A stretch of DNA of 64,000 nucleotides from an uncultured Bdellovibrionales bacterium (GTDB lineage Bacteria; Patescibacteriota; Minisyncoccia; Moranbacterales; UBA2206), in contig CAYOTC010000003.1 of the NCBI GenBank assembly GCA_964406815.1, positions 7,259-71,258 on the forward strand. Direction: 5' to 3'. Below, in pieces: positions 1 to 9,592 of the stretch. The notes under the pieces are model-generated. The model ran no database searches and was not told the DNA's origin. It saw only the letters and a program-made list of their open reading frames with translations. Every line of letters starts with the position of its first letter. The stretch's first letter is position 1. Position numbers and translations under genes: made by a program.

Positions 1-1
1 A

Positions 2-238
2 GTTCCAAGAAACAAAACTAATGAGGAAAGAGCCTTGCATAATCAGGAAGAAATGCGGGATATCCGCTTCTTGCCGGAAGAAGAAATGACTTTTTCTCCA
101 GAAATTAATATCTATAACAATAAAATCCTGATTGCTTCTTGGAAAGAGAAAATGGCAATTCTCATTGAATCAAAAGAGCTCTCTGATCTTCAAAAGCTTA
201 CTTATAATCTTCTTTGGAATACTCTACCAAGAAATTGA
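2..238 (+). CDS. 3' end of a gene that starts upstream of the window (hypothetical protein, C-terminal part)
   Basis: Frame 2 is open from base 2 through the stop at 236-238; the listed 35..238 ORF is the inner part of it. Confidence 0.35.
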   Translation, partial: VPRNKTNEERALHNQEEMRDIRFLPEEEMTFSPEINIYNNKILIASWKEKMAILIESKELSDLQKLTYNLLWNTLPRN

Positions 239-330
239 CAGTTATTTTCTTGATTGGATTTATTGTTTCAGCTTCATTATAATTGAACCAAGTCAGGCAG
301 GTTTTTATAAAAAATATAAAATCAAAAATA

Positions 331-1002
331 ATGGCTTCGCAAATCGCTCACATCGTATATGCCAAGAAATATTTTGATTTTTTGGAATTCGGGAAATCTT
401 CAGAAAATTTCGAGGATATTGGGATTATAAATATTCCTGTAGCTAATCTTAATAAAGACCAGTTTCTTTTAGGTTGTGTTTTTCCAGATGTCAGGCGTAT
501 TGATTCCGAAATAAAAAGGAAAGACACTCATTTCCGTTTTGAAAAGCTTGATTTGGATTTTTCCGGTCTTAATTCTTTTCAAGCTGGCTGGAAGTTTCAT
601 CTTTATTGCGATATGAAACGGGAGGATATTTTAAACAGCAATGGATTTTATTCTTTGAGTGAAGCGGACGGCGAAACTCACAGCCAGTCAGCAAAACTTC
701 TGGAAGACGAGCTTGTTTATGACAGTTACAACAATTGGGAAAAGGTTATTAGTCTTTTTAGAAATCCTCCGGTTATTGATATTGGAATGAATGTGAGTCG
801 TGAGTCATTTGCTCTCTGGTATGCGGTGATGGCAAAATATCTTGAAGAAAAGCCGAATGATAAAAATATGAGAATATTTATAAGTAAGCTGATAGGTGTC
901 CAAGATAAAGTCGAAGAGATAATCAGTAATGTAGCTGACCTGCGAAAAGACAATAAAGCGGTTGAAATTCTCAGCGATATTAAAAATAAAATCTTAAAAT
1001 AA
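331..1002 (+). CDS. hypothetical protein
   Basis: Listed ORF 283..1002 begins at a TTG; first ATG at 331 (MASQIAHIVYAKKYF...); no recognisable domain. Confidence 0.5.
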   Translation: MASQIAHIVYAKKYFDFLEFGKSSENFEDIGIINIPVANLNKDQFLLGCVFPDVRRIDSEIKRKDTHFRFEKLDLDFSGLNSFQAGWKFHLYCDMKREDILNSNGFYSLSEADGETHSQSAKLLEDELVYDSYNNWEKVISLFRNPPVIDIGMNVSRESFALWYAVMAKYLEEKPNDKNMRIFISKLIGVQDKVEEIISNVADLRKDNKAVEILSDIKNKILK

Positions 1003-1031
1003 AACCGCTCCGATGTATTTCGGAGCAGTTT

Positions 1032-2240
1032 TTATATGTATTTTTTATTTTTCAATTCTTTCGGCAGATATTCTTGGTCACGGCTGTCTTCCAATGGAGT
1101 GTATTTGTATCCTTTGCCATAATCTAGTTCTTGCATCAATTTTGTCGGAGCGTTCCTAAGATGCAGTGGAACCGGAAGGTTGCCGAATTTTTCTACATCA
1201 GCCCTGGCTTTTCCGTAAGCAAGATAGGCGGTAACGTCTTTTTTTGATTTGGCCAAATAAATCACGCATTGGGCGAGATGGACATTGCATTCCGGGTATC
1301 CCAGTTTGTGGCAAGTATCAAAAACGGCATTCGCCAAAAGCAAAGCAGTATTATTAGCCAAACCGATATCTTCCGAAGCAAAACGGACCAAGCGTCTGGC
1401 AATGTAGAGCGGATCTTCCCCGCCTTCAATCATCCGGGCGAGCCAATAAAGCGAGGCATTTTCGTCTCCGCCACGCATTGATTTGTGAAGAGCAGAAATT
1501 ATATTATAATGTTCTTCTCCAGTCTTATCATAGAGCAGATGGGATTTTTGCAAAACTTCGCGGATAAGTTCGGGCGTGATTTTATTTTTCTGATTTATAG
1601 CAGCTTCGAGAGTATTGAGCGCCATCCGGGCGTCTCCGTTAGCAAGATTGGAAAGGAGTTTTATAACTTCATCTTCGATGGAAATTTTCTTATTAAGTTT
1701 AATTTTTTCCAAAGCGCGCCGGATTATTTTTTCCAAATCATCAGGTTCCAGTTTATCTAGGACGAAAACGCGGCTTCTGGAAACCAAAGCGGAGTTCACT
1801 TCGAAGCTGGGGTTTTCAGTGGTTGCTCCAATGAGTGTGATTGTTCCATTTTCAACATAGGGGAGAAGCGCATCCTGCTGGGCTTTGTTCCAGCGGTGGA
1901 TTTCATCGATGAAAAGAATCGTGCGAACGGAACGCAGTTTGTTATTCTTGGCCTGTTGGATAATTTCGAGGAGTTGTTTCTTGCCGGATGATACGGCGCT
2001 CAATTTTATAAAGTCAGATTTGGTTATTTTAGCAATGATATGAGCAAGGGTAGTTTTTCCACTTCCCGGCGGTCCCCAAAAAATCATTGAGGGAACTTTG
2101 TCGCTTTTGATAGCTTGGCGGAGATATGATTTTTTCCCAACCAACTTTTCTTGGCCGAAAAAATCTTCCAAAGTGTCCGGACGCAAATAGTCGGCCAAGG
2201 GCGTATCGTTTGACGGGATATTTTTGCTATTCTTAATCAT
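1032..2240 (-). CDS. rarA: replication-associated recombination protein A (AAA+ ATPase, RarA/MgsA)
   Basis: Walker A GPPGSGKTT, Walker B ILFIDEIHR, and the C-terminal MgsA-type helical region (HKSMRGGDENASLYWLARMIEGGEDP). Confidence 0.9.
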   Translation of the reverse strand: MIKNSKNIPSNDTPLADYLRPDTLEDFFGQEKLVGKKSYLRQAIKSDKVPSMIFWGPPGSGKTTLAHIIAKITKSDFIKLSAVSSGKKQLLEIIQQAKNNKLRSVRTILFIDEIHRWNKAQQDALLPYVENGTITLIGATTENPSFEVNSALVSRSRVFVLDKLEPDDLEKIIRRALEKIKLNKKISIEDEVIKLLSNLANGDARMALNTLEAAINQKNKITPELIREVLQKSHLLYDKTGEEHYNIISALHKSMRGGDENASLYWLARMIEGGEDPLYIARRLVRFASEDIGLANNTALLLANAVFDTCHKLGYPECNVHLAQCVIYLAKSKKDVTAYLAYGKARADVEKFGNLPVPLHLRNAPTKLMQELDYGKGYKYTPLEDSRDQEYLPKELKNKKYI

Positions 2241-2356
2241 AGTGCTGAATATTTATCATATAGTGATATTATATCACCGAAAAATAAAATTGGTAAGGTT
2301 CGGATTATCACGCTCCAAAATTAGACATTCTCCGTTTGGTTGCTATACTGGATAAT

Positions 2357-3199
2357 ATGGAAGGTAATACAATAAATGGGAAAAAGTTGGCGGAAAAACT
2401 GAGAGCTGAGATAAAATCAGATGTTTTAGGCTTGAAAGAGCGAAATATAGTGCCTGGATTGGCGGTTGTTCTGGTGGGAAATGACGAAGCTTCCGAGCTT
2501 TATGTCCACAAGAAAGAGGAGGCCTGCAAGGAATTGGGCATAGAATCTTTCATTCATAAAATGCCGGAAAATACGAATGAAGAAGAACTGCTTAGCCTGA
2601 TTTCCAGCCTTAATAATAACAACAAAGTGAGCGGTATTTTAGTTCAGTTGCCGCTTTCAAAGTCTATCAATGAGGAAAAAGTCATAAATCTGATAGATCC
2701 CAAGAAGGATGTCGATTGTTTCCATCCGGAAAATTTCGGTCTTCTGATGCGGAATGAGCCGAGATTTCTGCCTTGTACTCCGGCCGGGATAATGGAGCTT
2801 ATGTCTGAATACAAGATCAGTTTGGAAGGAAAAAATGTCGTGATTATCGGTCGGAGCAATATTGTCGGAAAACCGTTGGCGGCGATGCTTATGAATTATG
2901 ATGCGACAGTGACTCTTTGCCATTCAAAAACAGTAAATCTGAAAGCGGAATGTCTGCGGGCGGATATTCTTATTTCTTCCGTTGGAAAAACGGGAATAAT
3001 TACGGCTGATATGGTGAAGGAAGGAGCGGTTGTTATTGATGTTGGAACACGCCGATCGGAAGATGGAAAGCTTTTAGGAGATGTTGATTTTAAGAATGTT
3101 TCAAAAAAAGCGAGTCTTATTACGCCGGTTCCCGGAGGAGTAGGACCGATGACGGTTACAATGCTAATGAAGAATGTTATTAAGGCCAGTCAATTATAA
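2357..3199 (+). CDS. folD: bifunctional methylene-THF dehydrogenase / methenyl-THF cyclohydrolase
   Basis: N-terminus INGKKLAEKLRAEIK...LAVVLVGNDEASELYVHKKEEAC and the C-terminal NAD(P) fold (GKNVVIIGRSNIVGKP...PVPGGVGPMTV); ATG at 2357 is preferred over the TTG at 2336. Confidence 0.9.
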   Translation: MEGNTINGKKLAEKLRAEIKSDVLGLKERNIVPGLAVVLVGNDEASELYVHKKEEACKELGIESFIHKMPENTNEEELLSLISSLNNNNKVSGILVQLPLSKSINEEKVINLIDPKKDVDCFHPENFGLLMRNEPRFLPCTPAGIMELMSEYKISLEGKNVVIIGRSNIVGKPLAAMLMNYDATVTLCHSKTVNLKAECLRADILISSVGKTGIITADMVKEGAVVIDVGTRRSEDGKLLGDVDFKNVSKKASLITPVPGGVGPMTVTMLMKNVIKASQL

Positions 3200-3208
3200 T
3201 TCATCAAT

Positions 3209-3502
3209 ATGCAATTGGAAATAAAAAAAATAGAAGGCAATCCGGCTAATCTTTTGCGGCGTGCCGGGTATAGTTTTCAGCGGAATGAAGGCGAGGAGAT
3301 GAGTTTCATCCGGCCTTTGGCCGCTCAGGGTTATCCCAGATTTCATATGTATGTGAAAATAAAAGGTGTTGATATGTCAATAAATATCCACCTGGATGCA
3401 AAAAAAGAAACTTATGGGGAAGGTACCCGGCATCACGGTGAGTATGAAAATGACGGAGCTCTGAAAGAAGAAGTACGGCGGCTAAAAATTATTCTGGAAT
3501 GA
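3209..3502 (+). CDS. hypothetical small protein
   Basis: 97-aa ORF, no recognised motif, weak RBS. Confidence 0.4.
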   Translation: MQLEIKKIEGNPANLLRRAGYSFQRNEGEEMSFIRPLAAQGYPRFHMYVKIKGVDMSINIHLDAKKETYGEGTRHHGEYENDGALKEEVRRLKIILE

Positions 3503-3555
3503 TTTTTGTTGCTAAAATTATAATTAGCCGGTAATATTGGAAAGTTGAACATTAT

Positions 3556-3638
<83 letters not shown>

Positions 3639-3678
3639 GATTTAAAATAAAATATCAAAACTAAAAAATAAGTTTGTT

Positions 3679-3751
3679 GTCCAGATTGGCGGAATTGCCC
3701 GCCTCGCGTCGACGAGCGTCTCCGCGAGTCGAGGCGGGGTATACGAGCAGG
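3679..3751 (+). pseudogene. tRNA-Leu 5' fragment interrupted by a 41-nt GC-rich palindrome
   Basis: GTCCAGATTGGCGGAATTG matches the tRNA-Leu acceptor/D-arm, then CCCGCCTCGCGTCGACGAGCGTCTCCGCGAGTCGAGGCGGG (3698..3738), then GTATACGAGCAGG; no anticodon arm, T-arm or acceptor 3' strand follows. Confidence 0.5.
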
Positions 3752-3798
3752 TATTTTTTGAGAATAGAAAAGTTATATTATATTAAAATAAAACTTAT

Positions 3799-3882
3799 GC
3801 CTTGATGGCGGAATTGGTATACGCGCATGCTTCAGGAGCATGTGAGAGCAATCTCTTGGGAGTTCGAGTCTCCCTCAAGGCA
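3799..3882 (+). tRNA. tRNA-Leu (anticodon CAG)
   Basis: Manual fold: acceptor GCCTTGA/TCAAGGC, anticodon stem CATGC/GCATG with loop TTCAGGA, long variable arm. Confidence 0.85.
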
Positions 3883-3910
3883 CATAAAAAAATAAAATGG
3901 TGAGGGACAA

Positions 3911-3961
3911 GGGAGCATATGGGAGCAATCCCTTGGAGGTTCGAGTCCTCTTCCGGGCACA
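3911..3961 (+). pseudogene. tRNA-Leu 3'-half fragment (variable arm, T-arm and acceptor 3' strand only)
   Basis: GGGAGCATATGGGAGCAATCCCTTGGAGGTTCGAGTCCTCTTCCGGGCACA aligns to the 3' halves of the two intact tRNA-Leu genes; no 5' half is present. Confidence 0.5.
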
Positions 3962-4006
3962 ATGTTTAATTTTATATTTTTTTAAAAACTACATAATAAA
4001 AAATTT

Positions 4007-4885
4007 ATGCAGTTTGAAAATTTGCCACAACTTGAAAATAAGAAAATTGAAAAACGAAATCCTGATTTCTTAAAAATATTAGGAGAAATCGATTATTTTC
4101 TGGAAAAACCTGAGGAAGAACAAAGGAACTACATCGATAAACGTGTGGTTTTTTTGTCTAAAAACGCAGAATCAGGAGAAATATCGCATGTTGGTCGTGA
4201 TGTTTATAGCGGTTTTATTGGTCAAAAAATGGAAATTCGTCGCAATATTATGGTGGATCCTTTAGTTGTGGATGATTCTGATTTATACAGGGATCTTTTT
4301 GAAGTTATAAAGAAATTCAAATCAACTGATGGCTATAAAGAAAAATCTTTAAGGGAAATTATTCTTATTGCAATCCAATGGACTTTATCAAAATATTTCG
4401 GAAATATTGTGGCAAATTCCAATACGGATATCCAAAATAAGAAATTTTATCTCGATCATTCTTCAGCAGAAAGTCCATCAGTATCCATAAAAGAGTTAAA
4501 AGGAAAGGAATTTGCTGTTTGTGCGGAAAAGGCTGCTGCAGCACAAAATTTATTAGCATTTATAGGAATGAAAAGTGATATTATTGCATCAAGCAGATGC
4601 CGTATTCCAGCAGAAGCGGACGAAGAAGGCCATTACTACATATTAGTCCATGGTCCTAAAAGTGACATGATTTATGATCCAACTAATCCACGACTCTTAT
4701 TTGATAAGGAGGAAAAATTAATAAGCTACGGTCCAGCGATGTATCAAATTACTGCAGAACAAGTACAACATTTACTTAACGGCGAATCAGTTGTCGTTGA
4801 GCATGTGGATGATAAAATTGAAAAAGATGGACAACGTATTTCAAAAAAACAAAGCAGGATATATGCCGGACCAAAACTTAAATAA
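4007..4885 (+). CDS. transglutaminase-like (Cys-His-Asp) domain protein, putative
   Basis: Candidate catalytic Cys (GKEFAVCAEKAAAAQNLLAFIG), His (EGHYYILVH) and Asp (MIYDPTN) in the usual order for the transglutaminase-like cysteine peptidase fold; assigned by motif only. Confidence 0.4.
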   Translation: MQFENLPQLENKKIEKRNPDFLKILGEIDYFLEKPEEEQRNYIDKRVVFLSKNAESGEISHVGRDVYSGFIGQKMEIRRNIMVDPLVVDDSDLYRDLFEVIKKFKSTDGYKEKSLREIILIAIQWTLSKYFGNIVANSNTDIQNKKFYLDHSSAESPSVSIKELKGKEFAVCAEKAAAAQNLLAFIGMKSDIIASSRCRIPAEADEEGHYYILVHGPKSDMIYDPTNPRLLFDKEEKLISYGPAMYQITAEQVQHLLNGESVVVEHVDDKIEKDGQRISKKQSRIYAGPKLK

Positions 4886-5839
4886 ATGTTAATAATGAAA
4901 ATTATAATAGAAAAAAATCAATCCGGACAAAGGATAGATAAATTTCTCAAGGAGGAATCATTTTTGGATATGGAAATTACGCGGGGAGAAATTATTCGTC
5001 AGATAAAAAATGGAAAAGTTCTGGCAAACAATAAAATAATCAAGCCGAGCTATATTCTTAAGGAAAGCGATAAGATAGAAATAGATTTTGATTATTCGGA
5101 TAAGAAAGAATTGGAATCTAATTCTGATCTTGATATTTCAATAATTTATGAAGATAAAGATATAGTTGTGCTTGATAAGCCTGCTGGTATCCAGGTTCAT
5201 CCAGATGCGAATGAAAAGAAAAACACACTGGTAAATTTCTTACTCTATAAATATCCGGAAATAAAAAATGTTCACGATGATTCGCATGGTTCTGATTTTC
5301 GTCCAGGAATAGTTCATCGGCTGGACAAAGATACGAGTGGTGTAATCATTGTGGCAAAAAATAAAAAAACATATCTTGAGCTTAAGCGAAAATTCAGAGA
5401 AAGGGAAATTGAAAAAAAATATTGGGTAATTGTTTATGGTGAGATGGAGAATGATGAGGGAGCCATAGAAAAGCCGATTGCTCGCGCTTCGAACTATAAA
5501 AAACAAGTGATTGCCGGAGAAAAAACAAAAACTAAAATCAGAGAAGCCAAGACATATTATAAAGTAATTAAAAAATTCAATAATTATTCTTTGATTGAAG
5601 CGGCTCCAAAGACCGGACGGATGCACCAGATTCGAATTCATCTATCTTCAGTTGGTCATCCGGTCGTGGGAGACAAGCTTTATTCTTTCAGAAATACAAA
5701 GGATAAATTAGGGGCAAAAAGGCAGCTTCTTCACGCGAAAAAAATAAAATTTGAACTTTTTGGGGAGGAAAAAACGTTTGAAAGTGAAATCCCTGATGAT
5801 TTTGGAGATTTTCTTTCCAAACTTGACGAACAAAAATAA
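4886..5839 (+). CDS. RluA-family 23S rRNA pseudouridine synthase (RluD-like, S4 domain plus catalytic domain)
   Basis: Catalytic motif HRLDKDTSGVIIVAKN and downstream RMHQIRIHLSSVGHPVVGD. Confidence 0.85.
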   Translation: MLIMKIIIEKNQSGQRIDKFLKEESFLDMEITRGEIIRQIKNGKVLANNKIIKPSYILKESDKIEIDFDYSDKKELESNSDLDISIIYEDKDIVVLDKPAGIQVHPDANEKKNTLVNFLLYKYPEIKNVHDDSHGSDFRPGIVHRLDKDTSGVIIVAKNKKTYLELKRKFREREIEKKYWVIVYGEMENDEGAIEKPIARASNYKKQVIAGEKTKTKIREAKTYYKVIKKFNNYSLIEAAPKTGRMHQIRIHLSSVGHPVVGDKLYSFRNTKDKLGAKRQLLHAKKIKFELFGEEKTFESEIPDDFGDFLSKLDEQK

Positions 5840-6000
5840 AAAAGTTAGTATGTAGAGGCTGTTAAATCGCTATATTTGGTGTTTTCAGCTACTCATAATA
5901 ATGAGTAAGTTTTTAATTTATAGGTTAATTTGATATAATTTAAAGCATGAAATGGGCGTATTGCCGAAGATATCGGAGGCGCACATGCCAAGAAAATCAT

Positions 6001-6513
6001 ATGGACAAGAAAATTATTGAATTTAATAAGACTCAAAAAAGAAGTGATATGCAAAAATTCCGAACTGGAGATGTTGTTAATGTTTCTCTTCGGATTAAGG
6101 AAGGTGAAAAAGAGAGAACTCAAAATTTTGAAGGATTGATTATTGCGGTAAAAGGCGGACAGAGCTCAACGCAAATAATCACTGTCAGAAAAGTTTCCCA
6201 TGGAGTCGGAGTGGAACTCATAATTCCGGTTGGTTCAAAAAATGTTGAGAAAATTGAGCTTATTAAGAAAGCCAAGGTTAGAAGAGCGAAGCTTTATTAC
6301 ATCCGTAACCTCACCACCAAACAGAGCCGTATGAAATATAAAGATATCGAGACTTTTATAAAAGACGAAGAAGCTGGAACTCCCGGAGCGTCTAATGTTG
6401 AAAATATTACAGAAAATTCTTCAGAGAATATCGAGGATAAGGTTTCGGAAGTTAAAACTGCAGAAGTTAAAGCTGAAGAAAAGAACGAGGAAAAGACTGA
6501 AGAGAAAAAATAA
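6001..6513 (+). CDS. rplS: 50S ribosomal protein L19 with a ~55-aa acidic/lysine-rich C-terminal extension
   Basis: FRTGDVVNVSLRIKEGEKERTQNFEGLIIAVKG...TVRKVSHGVGVE...KVRRAKLYYIRNL; ATG at 6001 (MDKKIIEF) preferred over the upstream alternative start at 5947. Confidence 0.85.
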   Translation: MDKKIIEFNKTQKRSDMQKFRTGDVVNVSLRIKEGEKERTQNFEGLIIAVKGGQSSTQIITVRKVSHGVGVELIIPVGSKNVEKIELIKKAKVRRAKLYYIRNLTTKQSRMKYKDIETFIKDEEAGTPGASNVENITENSSENIEDKVSEVKTAEVKAEEKNEEKTEEKK

Positions 6514-6552
6514 TTTTCAGTCATTATTTTGATATTTCGATTGAGAATATGG

Positions 6553-6640
6553 GCGGATGTGGCGGAATTTGGTATACGCGCAAGCTTGAGGTGCTTGTGG
6601 GAGCAATCTCTTGGAGGTTCGAGTCCTCTCATCCGCACCA
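6553..6640 (+). tRNA. tRNA-Leu (anticodon GAG), CCA encoded
   Basis: Acceptor GCGGATG/CATCCGC, anticodon loop TTGAGGT, long variable arm, ends ACCA. Confidence 0.85.
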
Positions 6641-6646
6641 ATTTTT

Positions 6647-6719
6647 GGATCCTTAGCTCAATTGGTAGAGCATCTCGTTTACACCGAGGGGGTTATAGGT
6701 TCGAGTCCTATAGGGTCCA
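6647..6719 (+). tRNA. tRNA-Val (anticodon TAC)
   Basis: Acceptor GGATCCT/AGGGTCC (one G-T pair), anticodon stem TCTCG/CGAGG with loop TTTACAC. Confidence 0.8.
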
Positions 6720-6796
6720 CCGCATAAGTTTAAAGTTAATAAAGTTTTTAAAATTCATAAAACGTGCAGGTTTTATAAAGATTGCTGGATGTTTTT

Positions 6797-6868
<72 letters not shown>

Positions 6869-6965
6869 CAAAAGTAGAATTTCCAATTTTTAATTCTCAA
6901 TTTTCAAACAGGTAGGGGATAGATGTTATTTTGAAATTGAAAATTATAAATTTAAAATTAAACTT

Positions 6966-7037
6966 GCGGGTATCGTATAGCGGCTATTATACGTCCTTGC
7001 CAAGGACGAGATACGGGTCCGACTCCCGTTACCCGCT
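6966..7037 (+). tRNA. tRNA-Gly (anticodon GCC)
   Basis: Acceptor GCGGGTA/TACCCGC, anticodon stem CGTCC/GGACG with loop TTGCCAA, discriminator T. Confidence 0.8.
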
Positions 7038-7052
7038 CAAAAAAGAAAAGTC

Positions 7053-7077
7053 TGGGATTAATTCCCGGGCTTTTTTT
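7053..7077 (+). terminator. weak hairpin plus T7 run after the tRNA cluster
   Basis: GGGATTAATTCCC followed by TTTTTTT. Confidence 0.35.
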
Positions 7078-7132
7078 ATTTTAAAAATCAACCGTGTGAT
7101 ATAATACAACTATAAATAAATAAGAAAAAAAT

Positions 7133-7867
7133 ATGCAAAAAATACATGTATGGCTAGCTTCGCTTCTTATTATAACCGTAGGGGCGATTGTGATTGTGGC
7201 ATTGGTGATGGCTAATAAAAATAAAGACAGAGAATATTTTTCTGTTTCTGGAATCGCTTCTGTTTATGCGAAGGCTGATATTGCCAATATCAATGTCGGT
7301 TTGAAAAGCGGAACTATGAAGACAGCCGCAGAAGCCTCCCAAGAGAGCGCGAAAAAAATGAATAGTATTATTGAAGAATTGAAAAATCTTAAAATTGAAG
7401 AAAAAGATATTAAAACCAGCGATTATAATTTAAATCCGATTTATAATTGGACTGAGAGCAAGGGACAAGAATTGAGCGGATATGAAGTGACGCAAACACT
7501 GAGTCTGAAAATCAGAGATTTGAATATGATTGGAGATGTTATTTCAATGACGACGCAAAAAGGAGCTAATCAAATTGGCAATATTAATTTTACTATTGAT
7601 GACGAATTTGATTTGAAAAATCAAGCGCGAGAATTGGCTATTAAAAAAGCCAAAGAAAAAGCGATTCTGATCGCCAATCAGTCCGGAATGAAATTGGGAA
7701 AGATAAAAAATGTTATTGAAAATTATAATACTCCGATTTATCCGACATATGCGAACGCTAAAATTGATGGAGCAGGCGCTGGTCGAGAAGACGTCTCTGC
7801 GCCGGAGATTCAAACCGGTCAGAATGAGATAAAAATTGAAGTGACTCTTTCTTATGAAGTAAAATAG
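7133..7867 (+). CDS. SIMPL / DUF541 domain protein (periplasmic oxidative-stress-type protein)
   Basis: N-terminal TM anchor; NVGLKSGTMKTAAEASQESAKKMNSIIEELK...SGYEVTQTLSLKIRD is typical of the SIMPL family. Confidence 0.65.
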   Translation: MQKIHVWLASLLIITVGAIVIVALVMANKNKDREYFSVSGIASVYAKADIANINVGLKSGTMKTAAEASQESAKKMNSIIEELKNLKIEEKDIKTSDYNLNPIYNWTESKGQELSGYEVTQTLSLKIRDLNMIGDVISMTTQKGANQIGNINFTIDDEFDLKNQARELAIKKAKEKAILIANQSGMKLGKIKNVIENYNTPIYPTYANAKIDGAGAGREDVSAPEIQTGQNEIKIEVTLSYEVK

Positions 7868-7998
7868 GAATAGATGCAGAATGATTAGTTTTAGTTTCTG
7901 TCATTTACAAAAATGATTGCATATGATTGAATGGTATAATTATGTTTTAAAAAAGTTATTAATAGTTTTTTAACATCTAAATAGGGAGGAGACATTTT

Positions 7999-8625
7999 AT
8001 GCTGATTATTTTTGACTGTGATGGAGTTCTGCGTTCCTTTTCTTGGGAAGGAACATATGCTGCCTATGTGGCAATCGCTGAGCACTTCAATCTTGAAATA
8101 AGCGATTTCTGGCCGGATATCGATAGCTTTAGAAGAAAATTTGACAATAACTGGCATTCCAATCTTGCGATTATGGGGATAACTAACAAAGATCATTATC
8201 CGATTATCAATGATATATTTCATAGCGCTTACGATCCTTTAATTTCTAAATTTCCTTGGGTTGATGAAACGGCGAGACAACTTTCGCAAAAACATTCTTT
8301 GGCAGTTTTCACTTCTTCCATATCGAAATCAGTTTATGATTCATTGGGAGAATCAGCCAGATATTTCTCGCATATTATCGGATCCGGTGATGTAGAGAAT
8401 ATCAAGCCAGATCCAGAAGGAGTTAACTTGATAATAGAAAAATTAGGAGCCGATAAGAGAGAGGCTATTATGATTGGCGATTCAAGTGTGGATATTTTGG
8501 CGGGAAAGAAGGCTGGGATAACGACGGCCGGTGTGGCTTGGGGAATGATGGAGGAAAAAGAACTGGAGAAATTCAAACCAGACATTATGTTTCACGATCC
8601 AGAGGAGTTGAAATTCTTAAACTAA
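7999..8625 (+). CDS. HAD-superfamily hydrolase (phosphatase)
   Basis: Motif I IIFDCDGVL and motif IV IMIGDSSVDILAGKKAG; RBS GGGAGGA. Confidence 0.8.
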   Translation: MLIIFDCDGVLRSFSWEGTYAAYVAIAEHFNLEISDFWPDIDSFRRKFDNNWHSNLAIMGITNKDHYPIINDIFHSAYDPLISKFPWVDETARQLSQKHSLAVFTSSISKSVYDSLGESARYFSHIIGSGDVENIKPDPEGVNLIIEKLGADKREAIMIGDSSVDILAGKKAGITTAGVAWGMMEEKELEKFKPDIMFHDPEELKFLN

Positions 8626-8762
8626 TTTAAAAAGGAGAAGAAAAAATATTAATAATCCCGTTGTCTTAAAAAGGCAGCGGGTATTTTTTAAAATTATAAA
8701 ATAAAAAGGCGTGGCGGAAAATTTCCGTCGCGCCCTTTTCGATTATTCTTGGTCCTCCATTT

Positions 8763-9308
8763 TTAAAAAGTTGGTTGAAGATCCGGAATGTATATCACGT
8801 CATCGTCCTGAAAATTAAATCTATGAGAATTTATATCTTCCATAATTTGTAGATTATATAATTCCTCAGAATCTGAAAAATATAATCCTTCTGAATATAT
8901 AAATTCTGCCGGATTTTTTTTCTCAAAATCTGAAGGAGACGAGCCCTGTTTTATTTTAATTATTCCGTCGCGGATTAGTTTGTCTCGTAAAGTTTTTCCG
9001 CATTCAGGGCATTTATATCCGAGAGATCTTATAGGATCCCTTTCGAGCGTATTGTCATTGCCAACTATTGGACAACAACAATGGAAACAAAAGTTTTTAT
9101 ATTCGCTCATCCCAGAATTGAGGTTGTCGCAAATATCAAGAAAAACTACGCTTGATAATTTTTCTGTAGCTTGAGACATAAACTCCGTGCAACAATTATT
9201 TGGACATTGAAACAGCATCATATCAAATTGCTTATTGCCCCATATTGGAAACATTGAGTTGTTACATGAATTACATCTTGGAAATTTGTAAATATGCTCG
9301 AGAAACAT
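8763..9308 (-). CDS. cysteine-rich hypothetical protein (multiple CxxC / CC motifs)
   Basis: 181-aa ORF with CNSCNN, CPNNCC, CFHCCC and CPEC motifs. Confidence 0.45.
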   Translation of the reverse strand: MFLEHIYKFPRCNSCNNSMFPIWGNKQFDMMLFQCPNNCCTEFMSQATEKLSSVVFLDICDNLNSGMSEYKNFCFHCCCPIVGNDNTLERDPIRSLGYKCPECGKTLRDKLIRDGIIKIKQGSSPSDFEKKNPAEFIYSEGLYFSDSEELYNLQIMEDINSHRFNFQDDDVIYIPDLQPTF

Positions 9309-9592
9309 CTTAAAATCCTCCCTTTTCTAAAAAACTAAACTCCAATGCCGCTATTTTTAGCGGATATGCCCATACTTCTTTTTATTACCTCCTTTTTAAG
9401 ATTGTTGTAAAATGTTTACAGCTTTTAGCTGTTTATTAAATTATTTAAGAACTGCTTTGTCAGGGAGGGCTAGCATTTTAGGAGTTTTTTGTCAACTAGT
9501 TTAGAATAAAATCAGCACATAATTCGTAATAATATTTAGGCGTGTTGAATAATATCTCGAGGGGTGCTATCATATAGTCCGCAAAAGAAAAT

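Noticed and set aside
283-330. N-terminal extensions produced by non-ATG starts in the ORF track (283, 2336, 5947, 41542, 55475, 16912..16971, etc.)
   Set aside because: Downstream in-frame ATGs with better RBS placement and family-typical N-termini were preferred.
3679-3961. Split or permuted tRNA-Leu made from the 5' fragment (3679..3751) and the 3'-half fragment (3911..3961)
   Set aside because: The acceptor strands would carry an A-C mismatch, no anticodon arm exists in either piece, and split tRNAs are not known in bacteria. Interpreted as pseudogene remnants.
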